A stretch of DNA of 50,048 nt from an uncultured Clostridia bacterium (lineage in GTDB: Bacteria; Bacillota; Clostridia; Christensenellales; HGM11417), in contig CAZPMG010000001.1 of NCBI GenBank assembly GCA_964587785.1, positions 1-50,048 on the forward strand, in the 5' to 3' direction. The notes under the pieces are model-generated. The model did no database searches and was not told the DNA's origin. It worked only from the letters and a program-made list of their open reading frames with translations. Shown piece by piece: positions 35,184-45,183 of this stretch. The translations under genes and the position numbers were made by a program. Within the stretch, counting starts at the first letter, position 1. Every line of letters starts with the position of its first letter.

Positions 35184-35915
35184 TTAAGCCTCTCCCTTGA
35201 ACTTGCCAATGGTAAAATAACCCGCCATCTGATGCTTGATATAGTCGTTCATCTCACGCATGGTTTGCCGAAGATTTGTGGGACAGCCCGCAAGGACTTC
35301 CACAAGCGAAAAGCCCTTGCCCTGCATCTGGCGGGCAAACGCGCGCTCTATCGCCTTTTCTGTCATTATGATGTGGCGCACATCATGGCTGGACGTGCGT
35401 TCGATATACTGCGTGCCCTCCAGCGCCGAGAGCATCTCGCAAATTTTGAGCGGAAAGCCGTGCTGCACCGCTCTGCCCTCAGGCGAGGTGGTAGTGCCCT
35501 GACCTGTCAATGTGGTGGGCGCCATCTGTCCGCCCGTCATTCCGTATATACCGTTGTTTATAAAGATTACCGTAATGTTTTCATTTCTTGCCGCGGCGTG
35601 TACGATTTCCGCAAGGCCTATGCTTGCAAGGTCACCGTCGCCCTGATAAGTAAACACAAGCTTGTCGGGGTGAACGCGTTTTATGCCGGTGGCAACTGCG
35701 GGGGCACGCCCGTGCGCGGCCTGCTGCATATCAAAATTAAAATAATCGTACGCAAAAACCGAGCAGCCTACGGATGCAACGCCTATTACGTTTTCCCTTT
35801 GAGTAAGCCTGCCGAGTACGTCGGCAATTATCCTGTGCACAATGCCGTGCGTACAGCCCGGACAATAGTGAAATTTCTTTTCCGTCAAAAAATCAGAGCG
35901 AATATACGTAGGCAT
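35184..35915 (-). CDS. 2-oxoacid:ferredoxin oxidoreductase, beta (TPP-binding) subunit
   Basis: CPGCTHG Cys motif and GDGD...NNGIYGMTGGQ TPP motif. The ATG is at 35915 (MPTYIRSDF). Confidence 0.88.
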   Translation of the reverse strand: MPTYIRSDFLTEKKFHYCPGCTHGIVHRIIADVLGRLTQRENVIGVASVGCSVFAYDYFNFDMQQAAHGRAPAVATGIKRVHPDKLVFTYQGDGDLASIGLAEIVHAAARNENITVIFINNGIYGMTGGQMAPTTLTGQGTTTSPEGRAVQHGFPLKICEMLSALEGTQYIERTSSHDVRHIIMTEKAIERAFARQMQGKGFSLVEVLAGCPTNLRQTMREMNDYIKHQMAGYFTIGKFKGEA

Positions 35916-35962
35916 TTCCTCTCCCTTTATGCTAAGACTCAATAGCGTTCATAACAAGTAAT

Positions 35963-36077
35963 TGATACGGCTTTAAAACTACAGAGTAACAAAGTTTTAA
36001 AAACCGTAACGCAATAAAGCTTTTGAAAGCCGTATCACAACTTTGCTTAAATATTACATCAATTCGGAAGCAAAGTT
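35963..36077 (-). other. Two strong stem-loops in the 176-nt intra-operon spacer between the alpha and beta subunit genes
   Basis: TGATACGGCTTTAAAA (35963-35978) pairs with TTTTGAAAGCCGTATCA (36021-36037). AACTTTGCTT (36039-36048) pairs with AAGCAAAGTT (36068-36077). Confidence 0.7.
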
Positions 36078-36091
36078 CATTCCATGGCATC

Positions 36092-37141
36092 TTATAAGCT
36101 TTCGCGGTCAATCACGGCCTCGGCGATGTCCTCTGCCGTAAGCAGATTTCCGCCGCTGCGGCCGTGAAAATGCACGGGCTTTTTGCCGTCTACCGCAAGC
36201 CTTACGTCCTCCACCATCTGGCCGGTGTTCAGCTCATAGCAGTAAAACGCACGCACCGCGTTGCGCCCGGCAAGTCTTTGATACTCGGCAGACGGAAATG
36301 GAAACAGCGTTATTGGGCGTATAAGGCCTGCCTTTATTCCCTTGCCGCGCAATATCTCCACAGCGGTCTTTGCCACCCTGCCCACGGTGCCGAAGGCGGT
36401 AAGCACTATCTCTGCATCCTCGATGCGCAGCGTTTCCGCACGCGCCAAGCTTTGCATATCCAAATATTTTTGTCTGAGTTTTTCCGTGCGCGACTCAAGC
36501 TCATCGGGGTTTATCAGCAGCGAATTGATGATGCGCGGAACGCTGTGACCGGATGTTGCCCAATCCTTTTGAGGAAGCTCAGACAGTTCAATCTGCGGCG
36601 GAAGCACCGCCGGCTCTATCATCTGCCCCAACATTCCGTCGCCCAGTATCATTACCGGATTGCGGAATCTGTCGGCAATTTCAAACGCTTCATAAGTGAG
36701 ATTGCAGGCTTCCTGTACGCTTGAAGGAGCAAACACAAACAGCCTGTAGTCGCCGTGACCGCCGCCCTTTACCGACTGAAAATAGTCGCCTTGCCCGGGC
36801 AGTATGCCGCCAAGCCCCGGGCCCGCGCGCATGATGTTTATGATTACGCAGGGTATCTCCGCGCAGGCGATATAGGAAAGCCCCTCTTGCTTGAGGGAAA
36901 TACCCGGGCTGGATGACGACGTCATTGCCCTTGCCCCCGCGCCCGCCGCGCCGTATACCATATTGATTGCAGACGTCTCGCTCTCGGCCTGTAAAAACGT
37001 GCCGCCCACCTCGGGCATACGTCTTGACATATATTCGGGGATTTCGTTTTGCGGCGTGATGGGATAGCCGAAATAAGCGCGGCAGCCCGCGCGCACGGCA
37101 GATTCCGCTATGGCTTCGTTGCCCTTTAATAAATCTTTCAT
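36092..37141 (-). CDS. 2-oxoacid:ferredoxin oxidoreductase, alpha subunit
   Basis: 349 aa. [34 protein letters not shown] is typical of the KorA/PorA N-terminus. Confidence 0.88.
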   Translation of the reverse strand: MKDLLKGNEAIAESAVRAGCRAYFGYPITPQNEIPEYMSRRMPEVGGTFLQAESETSAINMVYGAAGAGARAMTSSSSPGISLKQEGLSYIACAEIPCVIINIMRAGPGLGGILPGQGDYFQSVKGGGHGDYRLFVFAPSSVQEACNLTYEAFEIADRFRNPVMILGDGMLGQMIEPAVLPPQIELSELPQKDWATSGHSVPRIINSLLINPDELESRTEKLRQKYLDMQSLARAETLRIEDAEIVLTAFGTVGRVAKTAVEILRGKGIKAGLIRPITLFPFPSAEYQRLAGRNAVRAFYCYELNTGQMVEDVRLAVDGKKPVHFHGRSGGNLLTAEDIAEAVIDRESL

Positions 37142-37350
37142 TTTTTATCCGTCAAAATTTCAAAGCATACGTCCGGGCACACCCGCACGCAGTAAAGGCA
37201 GGCCGTGCAGCGGCTTTCCGCCACCGCCTCGGCCACAGGATAGCCGGCGCTGTTTAGCCTTTCCGACATTGCAAGCACGTCCCTTGGGCAGGCGTCCACA
37301 CAAAGTGTGCAGCCCTTGCAGCGCTCCTCGTCGATGTTAACCTTTGGCAT
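37138..37350 (-). CDS. 2-oxoacid:ferredoxin oxidoreductase, delta subunit (2x[4Fe-4S] ferredoxin)
   Basis: 70 aa with [12 protein letters not shown] and [16 protein letters not shown] overlap with the alpha subunit gene. Confidence 0.85.
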   Translation of the reverse strand: MPKVNIDEERCKGCTLCVDACPRDVLAMSERLNSAGYPVAEAVAESRCTACLYCVRVCPDVCFEILTDKK

Positions 37351-37482
37351 AACGATGTTTCCTTTTCATGTCCGGTACAAAAATACAGCGGCGTTTTTTT
37401 GTCAATTAAGTTTTCTGCAGCGGCGTCTATAGAGCAGTATTTTACCTTGTGTCTAAAACGCAGCGGTATTATCATAGGGTAT

Positions 37483-38301
37483 TTATATCCTGCAGCTCAC
37501 GCCCAGTGCGGTAAGCCCCAAGTGAATGCCGAGCACCGGCCCTATGCTGCTCACGCCTATACGCAGTCGGGGAAACCGGGCTTTCAGACCCTCCATGAGC
37601 CGGAGGGCGCTCTCGGGCGAGCCGAAATAAGACACCTCGATTTCACTTGCGACGCTTGGCACAGTCTCTATGAGCTTTGCAATCTGGTCCTGCTTGCCTT
37701 TTGACATCTTTGACGTAAACACTGCGCCGTCCTCAAGCTTTAAAATGGGCCTGATGTTAAGCACCGTACCTATGGCCTGACGCACCACGCCAATCCTGCC
37801 GCTGCGGCGCAGAGGACCCATGGAATCCACGGAAAACGCCAGCCTTACCGAAGCGCGCTCTTGCTCAAGCGTCTGCACCGCTTGGGGCATCGGCACCTGC
37901 GCACGGCTGAGCTCGCACGCGCGTTTTACCTGCAGCTTGAGCCCGCCCGCGGTGGACAGACTGTCAAATATGTGTACGCGGTCGTCGCCGCCGCACTCTT
38001 TTGCCGCGGCAAGCGCGCTTGAATAGGCGCCGCTCAGGCGCGATGAAAGCGTAAGACACAGCACGCTGTCGTATTTTTTAAGCAGGCGCATAAACACTGT
38101 AGTATATGCTCCTATTGAGGGCTGCGACGTCGTCCAACGGCCTCGGCTTATCAAATTGTCAAACCTTCCGTTGCAGTCGGTAAAAGACTCGTAAAAAACC
38201 CTCTGCCCATCGGAATAGAGCATCTCTACAAGCTCTGTATTCCAGCTATTTGCCTCCGCCTGTGTAAGGCAGGCGGTGCTGTCAGTTACTACCGCGAACA
38301 T
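37483..38301 (-). CDS. DegV family fatty-acid-binding protein (FakB-like)
   Basis: MFAVVTDSTACL N-terminus and 272 aa. It lies immediately downstream of the acc/fab cluster. Confidence 0.85.
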   Translation of the reverse strand: MFAVVTDSTACLTQAEANSWNTELVEMLYSDGQRVFYESFTDCNGRFDNLISRGRWTTSQPSIGAYTTVFMRLLKKYDSVLCLTLSSRLSGAYSSALAAAKECGGDDRVHIFDSLSTAGGLKLQVKRACELSRAQVPMPQAVQTLEQERASVRLAFSVDSMGPLRRSGRIGVVRQAIGTVLNIRPILKLEDGAVFTSKMSKGKQDQIAKLIETVPSVASEIEVSYFGSPESALRLMEGLKARFPRLRIGVSSIGPVLGIHLGLTALGVSCRI

Positions 38302-39076
38302 CGCCGTCTCCTATGCTTCTATATCTTAAATATCTCTTTTCCATAAGCTCATCGGTACTAAGGGCATTAAGCGCGCCTATGCAGGCCGTAAGCTCGGAAG
38401 CAAGCAATCTATACAAGTCTTCCGGACTGTCGTGTCCGCTCTCGGGGATGACCTTTTCCACAAGCCCGAATGAGAGAAGGTCGCTTGACGTTATCTTGAG
38501 GCAATGAGCGGCCTCTGCCGTCTTTGAGGCATCCTTCCAAAGAATGCTTGCGCAGCCCTCGGGAGAGATAACCGAATATATGGAGTTTTCCAGCATCCAC
38601 ACTCTGTCACCTGAAGCAAAGGCAAGCGCGCCGCCGCTGCCGCCCTCGCCTATCAGCACGGACACAACCGGCGTTTTGGCTGCGGAAAGCTCCATAATGC
38701 ACTCTGCAATGGCGTTGCCCTGGCCGCGCTCCTCCGCGCCTATGCCGCAATATGCGCCCTGCGTGTCCACAAAACAAATTATCGGACGTTTAAATTTTTC
38801 CGCCAATTTAATCTGGCGTATGGCCTTGCGGTATCCCTCGGGATGCGCGCAGCCGAAATTGCGCGCCACCTTTTCCTTTGTTGTTCCGCCTTTTTCATGG
38901 GCAATTACCGTCACCGGCATATCCCCCAAATAGGCGATGCCCGCCACTACCGCGGCATCGTCGCCAAACAGCCTGTCGCCGTGCAGCTCGATAAAGCCGG
39001 CTGTCACTCCGTTTATAAAGTCCAAACCCCTATAAGGCTTGTTTCTTGCAAGGGCAAGTATATCTTTTTCAGCCAT
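38282..39076 (-). CDS. accA: Acetyl-CoA carboxylase carboxyltransferase, alpha subunit
   Basis: VDTQGAYCGIGAEERGQ and GEGGSGGALA motifs. The ATG at 39076 overlaps the accD stop. A GTG at 39085 is an alternative start. Confidence 0.9.
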   Translation of the reverse strand: MAEKDILALARNKPYRGLDFINGVTAGFIELHGDRLFGDDAAVVAGIAYLGDMPVTVIAHEKGGTTKEKVARNFGCAHPEGYRKAIRQIKLAEKFKRPIICFVDTQGAYCGIGAEERGQGNAIAECIMELSAAKTPVVSVLIGEGGSGGALAFASGDRVWMLENSIYSVISPEGCASILWKDASKTAEAAHCLKITSSDLLSFGLVEKVIPESGHDSPEDLYRLLASELTACIGALNALSTDELMEKRYLRYRSIGDGDVRGSN

Positions 39077-39944
39077 TTTGCTCACCGCCTTGACAGCCGT
39101 GCAGCAGCAAAAGCTGGCTCAGCACGCCGCGCAAGTCCTCGCGCCTTACAATTTTATCCACAAATCCTTTTTCCAGCAAAAACTCGGCTTTTTGAAAGCC
39201 TTGCGGCAGCTTTTGACGGATTGTCTGTTCAATTACCCTGGGCCCCGCAAAGCCTATCAGCGCGGAAGGCTCCGCAAGGATTATATCGCCCAGCGATGCA
39301 AAGGAAGCCGTGACGCCGCCCGTGGTGGGGTCGCACATCACGCTGATAAACAGGTTTCCGCCGCCGCTGTGGCGCTTTACCGCGTTTGCCGTCTTTGCCA
39401 TCTGCATCAGGGAAAATATGCCCTCCTGCATACGGGCCCCGCCGGAGAGCGAAAACCCTACCACGGGCAGGCTGTTTTGATACGCATACTCAAACAGCCG
39501 CGTTATCTTTTCGCCCACGGTTGTACCCATGCTGCCCATCAAAAACGCCGGTTCCATGGCATACACTGCGGTCTTGCATCCGGAAATTTCGCCCGTTCCG
39601 CATACTGCCGCATCATCCATGCCGGGGTTTTGCGCTCTTAGACTTTCCAGCTTTTCCACGTAACCGGGAAAATCCATGGGCGGCTCAAGCACAACATCGG
39701 AAAACAGCTCTGTAAAGCTGCCCTCGTCAAGCGTAAGCTCAAAGCGGCGGCGCGCGGAAATTCTGAAGTGGTGTCCGCATTTTTGGCACACGCCCATGCT
39801 CTCAAAAAGCTCTCTGTCAAAATAATTTTTTCGGCATTTGGGACATTTGCCGCCTGCAGCAGGCGCGGACGCCGGCTTTTTTTCACGCTGGCCGTCCACG
39901 CTTTCCAGCTGATTTTTGGGTTTTTTAAAGGATAGTTTTACCAT
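39069..39944 (-). CDS. accD: Acetyl-CoA carboxylase carboxyltransferase, beta subunit
   Basis: N-terminal zinc ribbon CPKC-x15-CQKCGHH, plus GGARMQEG. Confidence 0.92.
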   Translation of the reverse strand: MVKLSFKKPKNQLESVDGQREKKPASAPAAGGKCPKCRKNYFDRELFESMGVCQKCGHHFRISARRRFELTLDEGSFTELFSDVVLEPPMDFPGYVEKLESLRAQNPGMDDAAVCGTGEISGCKTAVYAMEPAFLMGSMGTTVGEKITRLFEYAYQNSLPVVGFSLSGGARMQEGIFSLMQMAKTANAVKRHSGGGNLFISVMCDPTTGGVTASFASLGDIILAEPSALIGFAGPRVIEQTIRQKLPQGFQKAEFLLEKGFVDKIVRREDLRGVLSQLLLLHGCQGGEQNG

Positions 39945-39946
39945 TT

Positions 39947-41284
39947 TTATCTGTTTTCCCCATGCACAAGCGAGGTGGAATACCCGCCGTCCTCAAACTC
40001 CGGACGGGCAAGCAGTTCCTCAAAGATATCTGCGTTGTGGTCGATTCCGTCAATGACAAGCTCTGCAAGAGCCGCCTGCATCTTGCGTATGCTCTCTTCC
40101 CTCGAGTATGCGCTGACAAGCAGCTTGCCTATCAGCGAATCGTAAAAGGGCGGCACGGCGTAGCCCTGATACAGCGCGGAGTCAAACCTCACCATTGGCC
40201 CGCCCGGAACGTGCAGCATCTTTACCGTTCCGCAGGACGGACGGCCTGTACGCGAATTTTCCGCATTGATTCTGCACTCTATCACGTGCCCGGACGGACG
40301 GATGTCCTTTTGCGTAAAGCCCAGCTTTGCGTTTGCCGCGATGCGTATCTGCCACTTTACAATATCGATGCCGGTGAGCATCTCGGTGACGCCGTGCTCC
40401 ACCTGCAGGCGGGTGTTCATCTCCATGAAATAGAACTTGCCGCTCTTTTGGTCAAATAAAAACTCTATGGTTCCGGCATTTTTGTAGCCTACAGCCTTTG
40501 CTGCGGCTGCCGCGCTCTTTAGCAGCGCCGCCCTGACCCGCTGGTCTATCGTAGGCGAGGGGCTCTCCTCAATCAGCTTTTGATGCCTGCGCTGCACCGA
40601 ACAGTCGCGCTCGGGAAACACGGTTATTCCGCCGTGGTTGTCGCATACCACCTGCACCTCTATGTGCTTTACGTCGGTCAGGTACTTTTCCATATACAGC
40701 GAATCGTCGTTAAAGCATGCCTTCGCCTCGGACTTTGCCGCAAGAAATGCCGCGCCTATCTCGGCAGGGTTGTTTACCTGCCTTATTCCGCGTCCGCCGC
40801 CGCCTGCGCTTGCCTTGATGAGCACGGGATAACCTATGCGCTCGGCCTCTCGTCCTGCGTGAGCGGCATCCTGAAGCAGCTTGCAGCCGGGCGTAACCGG
40901 AACTCCGGCCTTTTCCATCGCCGTGCGCGCGTTGTTCTTGTCGCCCATAGCCTTGATTACCTCAGGCGGCGGGCCGATGAACGTAACCCCGCACTGACGG
41001 CATAGCTCGGCAAACAGAAAGTTTTCCGCAAGGAAACCGTAGCCGGGGTGTATTGCCTCCGCTCCGGATACATTTGCCGCGGTCAGCACGGCGTGCATAT
41101 TCAGATAGCTGTCCTTAGAGGCCGCCCCGCCCACGCAATAGCTCTCGTCCGCAAGGTTTACATGGAGCGCATCCTTGTCGGCCTCGCTGAAAACCGCCAC
41201 CGTAGATATGCCCATCTCACGGCAGGCGCGTATTATGCGTATGGCAATTTCGCCCCTGTTTGCAATAAGAATTTTAGAAAACAT
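39947..41284 (-). CDS. accC: Biotin carboxylase
   Basis: MFSKILIANRGEIA N-terminus at the ATG at 41284, an ATP-grasp body, and EMNTRLQVEH. Confidence 0.95.
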   Translation of the reverse strand: MFSKILIANRGEIAIRIIRACREMGISTVAVFSEADKDALHVNLADESYCVGGAASKDSYLNMHAVLTAANVSGAEAIHPGYGFLAENFLFAELCRQCGVTFIGPPPEVIKAMGDKNNARTAMEKAGVPVTPGCKLLQDAAHAGREAERIGYPVLIKASAGGGGRGIRQVNNPAEIGAAFLAAKSEAKACFNDDSLYMEKYLTDVKHIEVQVVCDNHGGITVFPERDCSVQRRHQKLIEESPSPTIDQRVRAALLKSAAAAAKAVGYKNAGTIEFLFDQKSGKFYFMEMNTRLQVEHGVTEMLTGIDIVKWQIRIAANAKLGFTQKDIRPSGHVIECRINAENSRTGRPSCGTVKMLHVPGGPMVRFDSALYQGYAVPPFYDSLIGKLLVSAYSREESIRKMQAALAELVIDGIDHNADIFEELLARPEFEDGGYSTSLVHGENR

Positions 41285-41306
41285 TGCGCTCTCCGGAAAG
41301 CCCGCG

Positions 41307-41735
41307 TCACTTGCTTGCCGCGGCAAATGAAAACTTTGCGCTCAGCACCTTTTCGCCCGACACGCTGCCCTCAACCTCAAAGAAGAAAAACGGCGGCTTG
41401 GAGGCGGTGAGCTTGAATTTTACGTCAAACCTGTCGCCCGGGCGCACCGGCCTGCGTATGCGGACGGCGTCCATTGAGGTAAAATACGGCACAACGTTCT
41501 TGCCGGCAAGGCTGTCGCCGAGCGCCACGCCGCATATCTGCGCTGCAATCTCGCACAGTATTACGCCGGGCACTACGGGATTGCCGGGAAAATGCCCGTC
41601 CAAAAAAAACTCTGTGCCCTTTACCGTATAATATCCGCTTCCCTCGCCGCTTTGATTTTCATCAAGAACTGCGCCGTCCACAAGCAGCATCTGCCCCCTG
41701 TGAGGCAGTATTGACTTTATAGCTTCTCTGTCCAT
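41307..41735 (-). CDS. fabZ: 3-hydroxyacyl-ACP dehydratase
   Basis: LPHRGQMLLVD and HFPGNPVVPGV. The ATG at 41735 has a GAGGTG SD. Confidence 0.92.
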   Translation of the reverse strand: MDREAIKSILPHRGQMLLVDGAVLDENQSGEGSGYYTVKGTEFFLDGHFPGNPVVPGVILCEIAAQICGVALGDSLAGKNVVPYFTSMDAVRIRRPVRPGDRFDVKFKLTASKPPFFFFEVEGSVSGEKVLSAKFSFAAASK

Positions 41736-41798
41736 TAAAAACACCTCAAATGCAAGCGGCCGCCGCGCTGCCTTAAAGACGCAGGAGTCTGTCTGCGC

Positions 41799-42269
41799 TT
41801 AAAACAGCTTAAACAGCACCTGCGAATACTCCACTACGTCGCCGTTGTTTACGCATATATCGCCCACCTCGCCGTCTGTTTCGGCAAGGATTTCATTCAT
41901 CATCTTCATAGCCTCGATGATGCACAGCACATCGCCCTTCTTTACCCTGTCGCCCACCTTGACAAAGGGCTCTAAGCCCTCGGCAGGAGCGCTATAAAAT
42001 ACTCCTATCATGGGCGACTTGACCTCTTTTAGCTTGTTGAAGTCTATGCCGGCATCCTGCCGGGTCATGGGCACGGCAATTTCAGCCGCTGTTGGAACAG
42101 AAACCGGGACTGTGGCCTGCTGAAAACCGTTTATTGCCGCGGTTATACCCGCCGCGCTCCGCTCCAGCCTAATGCGGCTGTCGCCGTCGGCAACCTCCAT
42201 CACCGAGAGGTCTGATTGGTTCATTATCTTAACAAGCTCTTTGATCTCTTTTATTAAGCTCTTGTCCAC
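41799..42269 (-). CDS. accB: Biotin carboxyl carrier protein
   Basis: EAMKMMNEI biotinyl-lysine motif. GTG start with an AAGGAG SD 8 nt upstream. Confidence 0.92.
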   Translation of the reverse strand: MDKSLIKEIKELVKIMNQSDLSVMEVADGDSRIRLERSAAGITAAINGFQQATVPVSVPTAAEIAVPMTRQDAGIDFNKLKEVKSPMIGVFYSAPAEGLEPFVKVGDRVKKGDVLCIIEAMKMMNEILAETDGEVGDICVNNGDVVEYSQVLFKLF

Positions 42270-42285
42270 TTTTTACGCTCCTTGT

Positions 42286-43515
42286 TTAGACCTTTGTCAG
42301 GCACAGGCAGGCGTTGTGTCCGCCGAAACCGAACGAGTTTGAAAGCGCGGCGGTTACTTCCTTTCTTACAGCGCCACGCACCGTATAGTCAAGGTCGCAG
42401 TCTGCGTCAGCCTGCAAGTAGCCGGCAGTGGGAAATATTATGCCGCTGCTGAGCGTAAGCGCGCACGCCGCGGCCTCTATTGCGCCCGCCGCACCGAGGC
42501 AGTGACCTGTCATGGACTTTGTGGAGCTTATCGCAAGCGAATACGCGTCCGCACCAAAGACGCTCTTGAGAGCAAGCGTCTCTATCTTATCGTTAAGCGG
42601 CGTGCTTGTGCCGTGCGCATTTACATAAATTTTACTTGCGCTGCCTGTGGAAATTCCCGCCTCTTTGAGCGCGCCTGCCATGGCGTTTGCCGCAGACCTC
42701 CCGTCCTCTCTGGGGGCGGTTATGTGGCTGGCGTCCGCAGTGTTTGCGTAGCCGCTTATCTCCGCATAAATTTTTGCGCCGCGTTTTTTTGCCTGCTCAT
42801 ATTCTTCAAGTACCATAACCGCCGCGCCCTCGCCCATGACAAAGCCGTTTCTCCTTGCGTCAAATGGTATGGACGCACTGTCCTTGTCCTCGGACAGCGA
42901 AAGCGCCGTGTTGTTTGTGAAACCGGCCACTGACAGCGGGGTTATCGCAGCCTCGCTGCCGCCCGCAAGAATTACGTCCGCATAGCCGTGCTTTATTGTG
43001 CGGAAGGCCTCGCCTATTGCGTGCGAGGACGTGGCGCAAGCTGTCACCACGGGCAGCGTGGGGCCGGTGATTCCGTATTTAATCGAGATTGCGCCCGACG
43101 CCATGTTGGGTATCATCATGGCAATAAAATACGGCGAAACCGCGGATGGGCCGGACTTTATGCACTTTCCTGCCTCGGCTTCAAACGTGGCTATGCCGCC
43201 TATGCCCGCGCCCACATATGCGCCGGTACGCTCGGGCGGAGCAAAAAGCCCGCCGCTGTCCTCCACTGCCTGCGCCGCCGCCGCAACCGCAAATTGCGCA
43301 AACCTGTCGGTGCGCCGCGCCTCGGGCTTTGGCATATGGTCAAGAGGGTTGAAGTCCTTTACCTCTGCCGCAAGCTTTGCCTTGTGCGCGGACGCGTCAA
43401 AGCCCGTGATAAAATCTATGCCGTGCCTGCCGGCTTCCAAGTTTTTTGCAAAGCTCTGCCTGTCGTTTCCCACGGGGGAAATTATGCCTATTCCGGTTAT
43501 AACTACCCTGCGCAT
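42286..43515 (-). CDS. fabF: 3-oxoacyl-ACP synthase II
   Basis: ACATSS active-site Cys, HGTSTPLND and GHCLGAAG. Confidence 0.93.
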   Translation of the reverse strand: MRRVVITGIGIISPVGNDRQSFAKNLEAGRHGIDFITGFDASAHKAKLAAEVKDFNPLDHMPKPEARRTDRFAQFAVAAAAQAVEDSGGLFAPPERTGAYVGAGIGGIATFEAEAGKCIKSGPSAVSPYFIAMMIPNMASGAISIKYGITGPTLPVVTACATSSHAIGEAFRTIKHGYADVILAGGSEAAITPLSVAGFTNNTALSLSEDKDSASIPFDARRNGFVMGEGAAVMVLEEYEQAKKRGAKIYAEISGYANTADASHITAPREDGRSAANAMAGALKEAGISTGSASKIYVNAHGTSTPLNDKIETLALKSVFGADAYSLAISSTKSMTGHCLGAAGAIEAAACALTLSSGIIFPTAGYLQADADCDLDYTVRGAVRKEVTAALSNSFGFGGHNACLCLTKV

Positions 43516-44255
43516 CAGATATACAAGCCTCCGTCAACTTTTATCACTTCTCCGGTAATATATGACGCTGCGTCCGTGGCAAGAAAGCCCGCCAGCGACG
43601 CAACCTCCTGCGCGCGGCCCATGCGGCGCATGGGTATTACGTTTACCGCGCCGCTCTTTACCACATCGCTCAGCGCGTCGGTCATGTCCGTTTCAATAAA
43701 GCCCGGCGATATCACATTGCAGGTCACGCCGCGTCCGGCAAGCTCCTTTGCCACCGTCTTGCTCAGGCCTATGAGCCCGGCCTTTGACGCCGAATAATTT
43801 GCCTGACCGGGGTTCCCCATCATGCCGCTTACCGACGATATGTTGATTATCCTGCCGCTGCGCTTTTTCATGAATACGGGGTAAAGCTGCTTAATTGTGT
43901 TGAACGCGCCCTTTAAGTTTACCGCAATTACGCTGTCAAAATCTTGTTCGGACATGCCAAGCAGCAGCCCGTCTTTAACAATGCCCGCGCTGTTTACCAA
44001 TATGTCAACAGTGCCGAATTTGGCTATAACCTCGCCCACAAGGGTTTTTACGCTGTCGGCGCTCTCCACCTTGCAGCAAAAGCTTTGCGCATCCGCACCT
44101 AAATCCGCCAGCGCGCGCACTGTATCTTCGGCGGCGTCGCGGTTGCCTTGATATACTACCGCAACGCTGCAGCCCTTTGCGGCAAGCTCCAGGCAGATTG
44201 CCCGGCCTATGCCGCGCGAACCGCCCGTAACAAGCGCTACCTTTCCCTTAAGCAT
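43515..44255 (-). CDS. fabG: 3-oxoacyl-ACP reductase
   Basis: SDR with TGGSRGIGRA and YSASKAG. Confidence 0.92.
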   Translation of the reverse strand: MLKGKVALVTGGSRGIGRAICLELAAKGCSVAVVYQGNRDAAEDTVRALADLGADAQSFCCKVESADSVKTLVGEVIAKFGTVDILVNSAGIVKDGLLLGMSEQDFDSVIAVNLKGAFNTIKQLYPVFMKKRSGRIINISSVSGMMGNPGQANYSASKAGLIGLSKTVAKELAGRGVTCNVISPGFIETDMTDALSDVVKSGAVNVIPMRRMGRAQEVASLAGFLATDAASYITGEVIKVDGGLYI

Positions 44256-45183
44256 GTTTTGTCTCCATTACTTTTTTGCAGGCAAGCTCTACGCTGTCAA
44301 AGTCCTGCGCGGACACCGCAACGGCATCGGGCAGAGTCTTTGCGACCAGACCCGAGAGCACTCGCCCAGCGCCTGCCTCAACAAACACGCGCGCGCCCGC
44401 ATCGTACATATTTTTCAGCGTGCGTTCCCACAGCACCGGGCTGTTAATCTGCTTAGAAAGCAGTTCTTTCATCTGCTCGGGCTGATTCGGATACCCAAAC
44501 GCAGTGCGGTTAGAATATACGGGCAAACCGGCCGCTGCTATATCAATGCCGCCAAGCACAAGCTTAAACTGCTCCGCAGGCTCATCCATATAAGGCGAAT
44601 GAAACCCTCCGGATACGCTTAGCTTAATCGTCCTTCCCCCGGCTGCCTGCACCTTTTCGTTGAGCGCGGCAAGGCTGTCTTCATTACACGCCACCACAGT
44701 TTGTCCGGGCGCGTTGAAGTTTACCGCATACGCGCCGGGGATTTGACTGCATATCTGCTGCGTTTGTTCGGCGGAAAGCTTGAGCACCGCAGCCATGCAG
44801 CAATTTTGCGCACTCGCCGCCCTGTGCATAAGCACGGAACGCCGGGCAACCAGTGAGAGCGCGGTTTGCAGATTGTATGCTTTGGCATAATACAGCGCAA
44901 ATAATTCGCCGAAGGAAAAGCCTGCGCACATATTGGCGGCAATTCCGCGCTCGCCAAGCGCCGCAACAATGCCTGCGGATACAGTAAACAGGCAGGGCTG
45001 CGCATTCTCCGTGCTTGTAAGCGTCTGCAAGCTGCCCTCAAAGCACGTCTCCAATGTTCCCGGACGCAGCGACTGTATGCTGTCCATAGCAATTTTTGCC
45101 GCGGGGGATTTTTGATAAATATCCCTGCCCATGCCGGGGTATTGCGCGCCCTGCCCGGGGAATAAAAACGCTATCTTAGACAT
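44248..45183 (-). CDS. fabD: Malonyl-CoA:ACP transacylase
   Basis: MSKIAFLFPGQGAQYPGMG at the ATG at 45183 (GGAGGGAG SD). The nucleophile elbow is GFSFGE, a variant of GHSLGE. Confidence 0.9.
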   Translation of the reverse strand: MSKIAFLFPGQGAQYPGMGRDIYQKSPAAKIAMDSIQSLRPGTLETCFEGSLQTLTSTENAQPCLFTVSAGIVAALGERGIAANMCAGFSFGELFALYYAKAYNLQTALSLVARRSVLMHRAASAQNCCMAAVLKLSAEQTQQICSQIPGAYAVNFNAPGQTVVACNEDSLAALNEKVQAAGGRTIKLSVSGGFHSPYMDEPAEQFKLVLGGIDIAAAGLPVYSNRTAFGYPNQPEQMKELLSKQINSPVLWERTLKNMYDAGARVFVEAGAGRVLSGLVAKTLPDAVAVSAQDFDSVELACKKVMETKHA

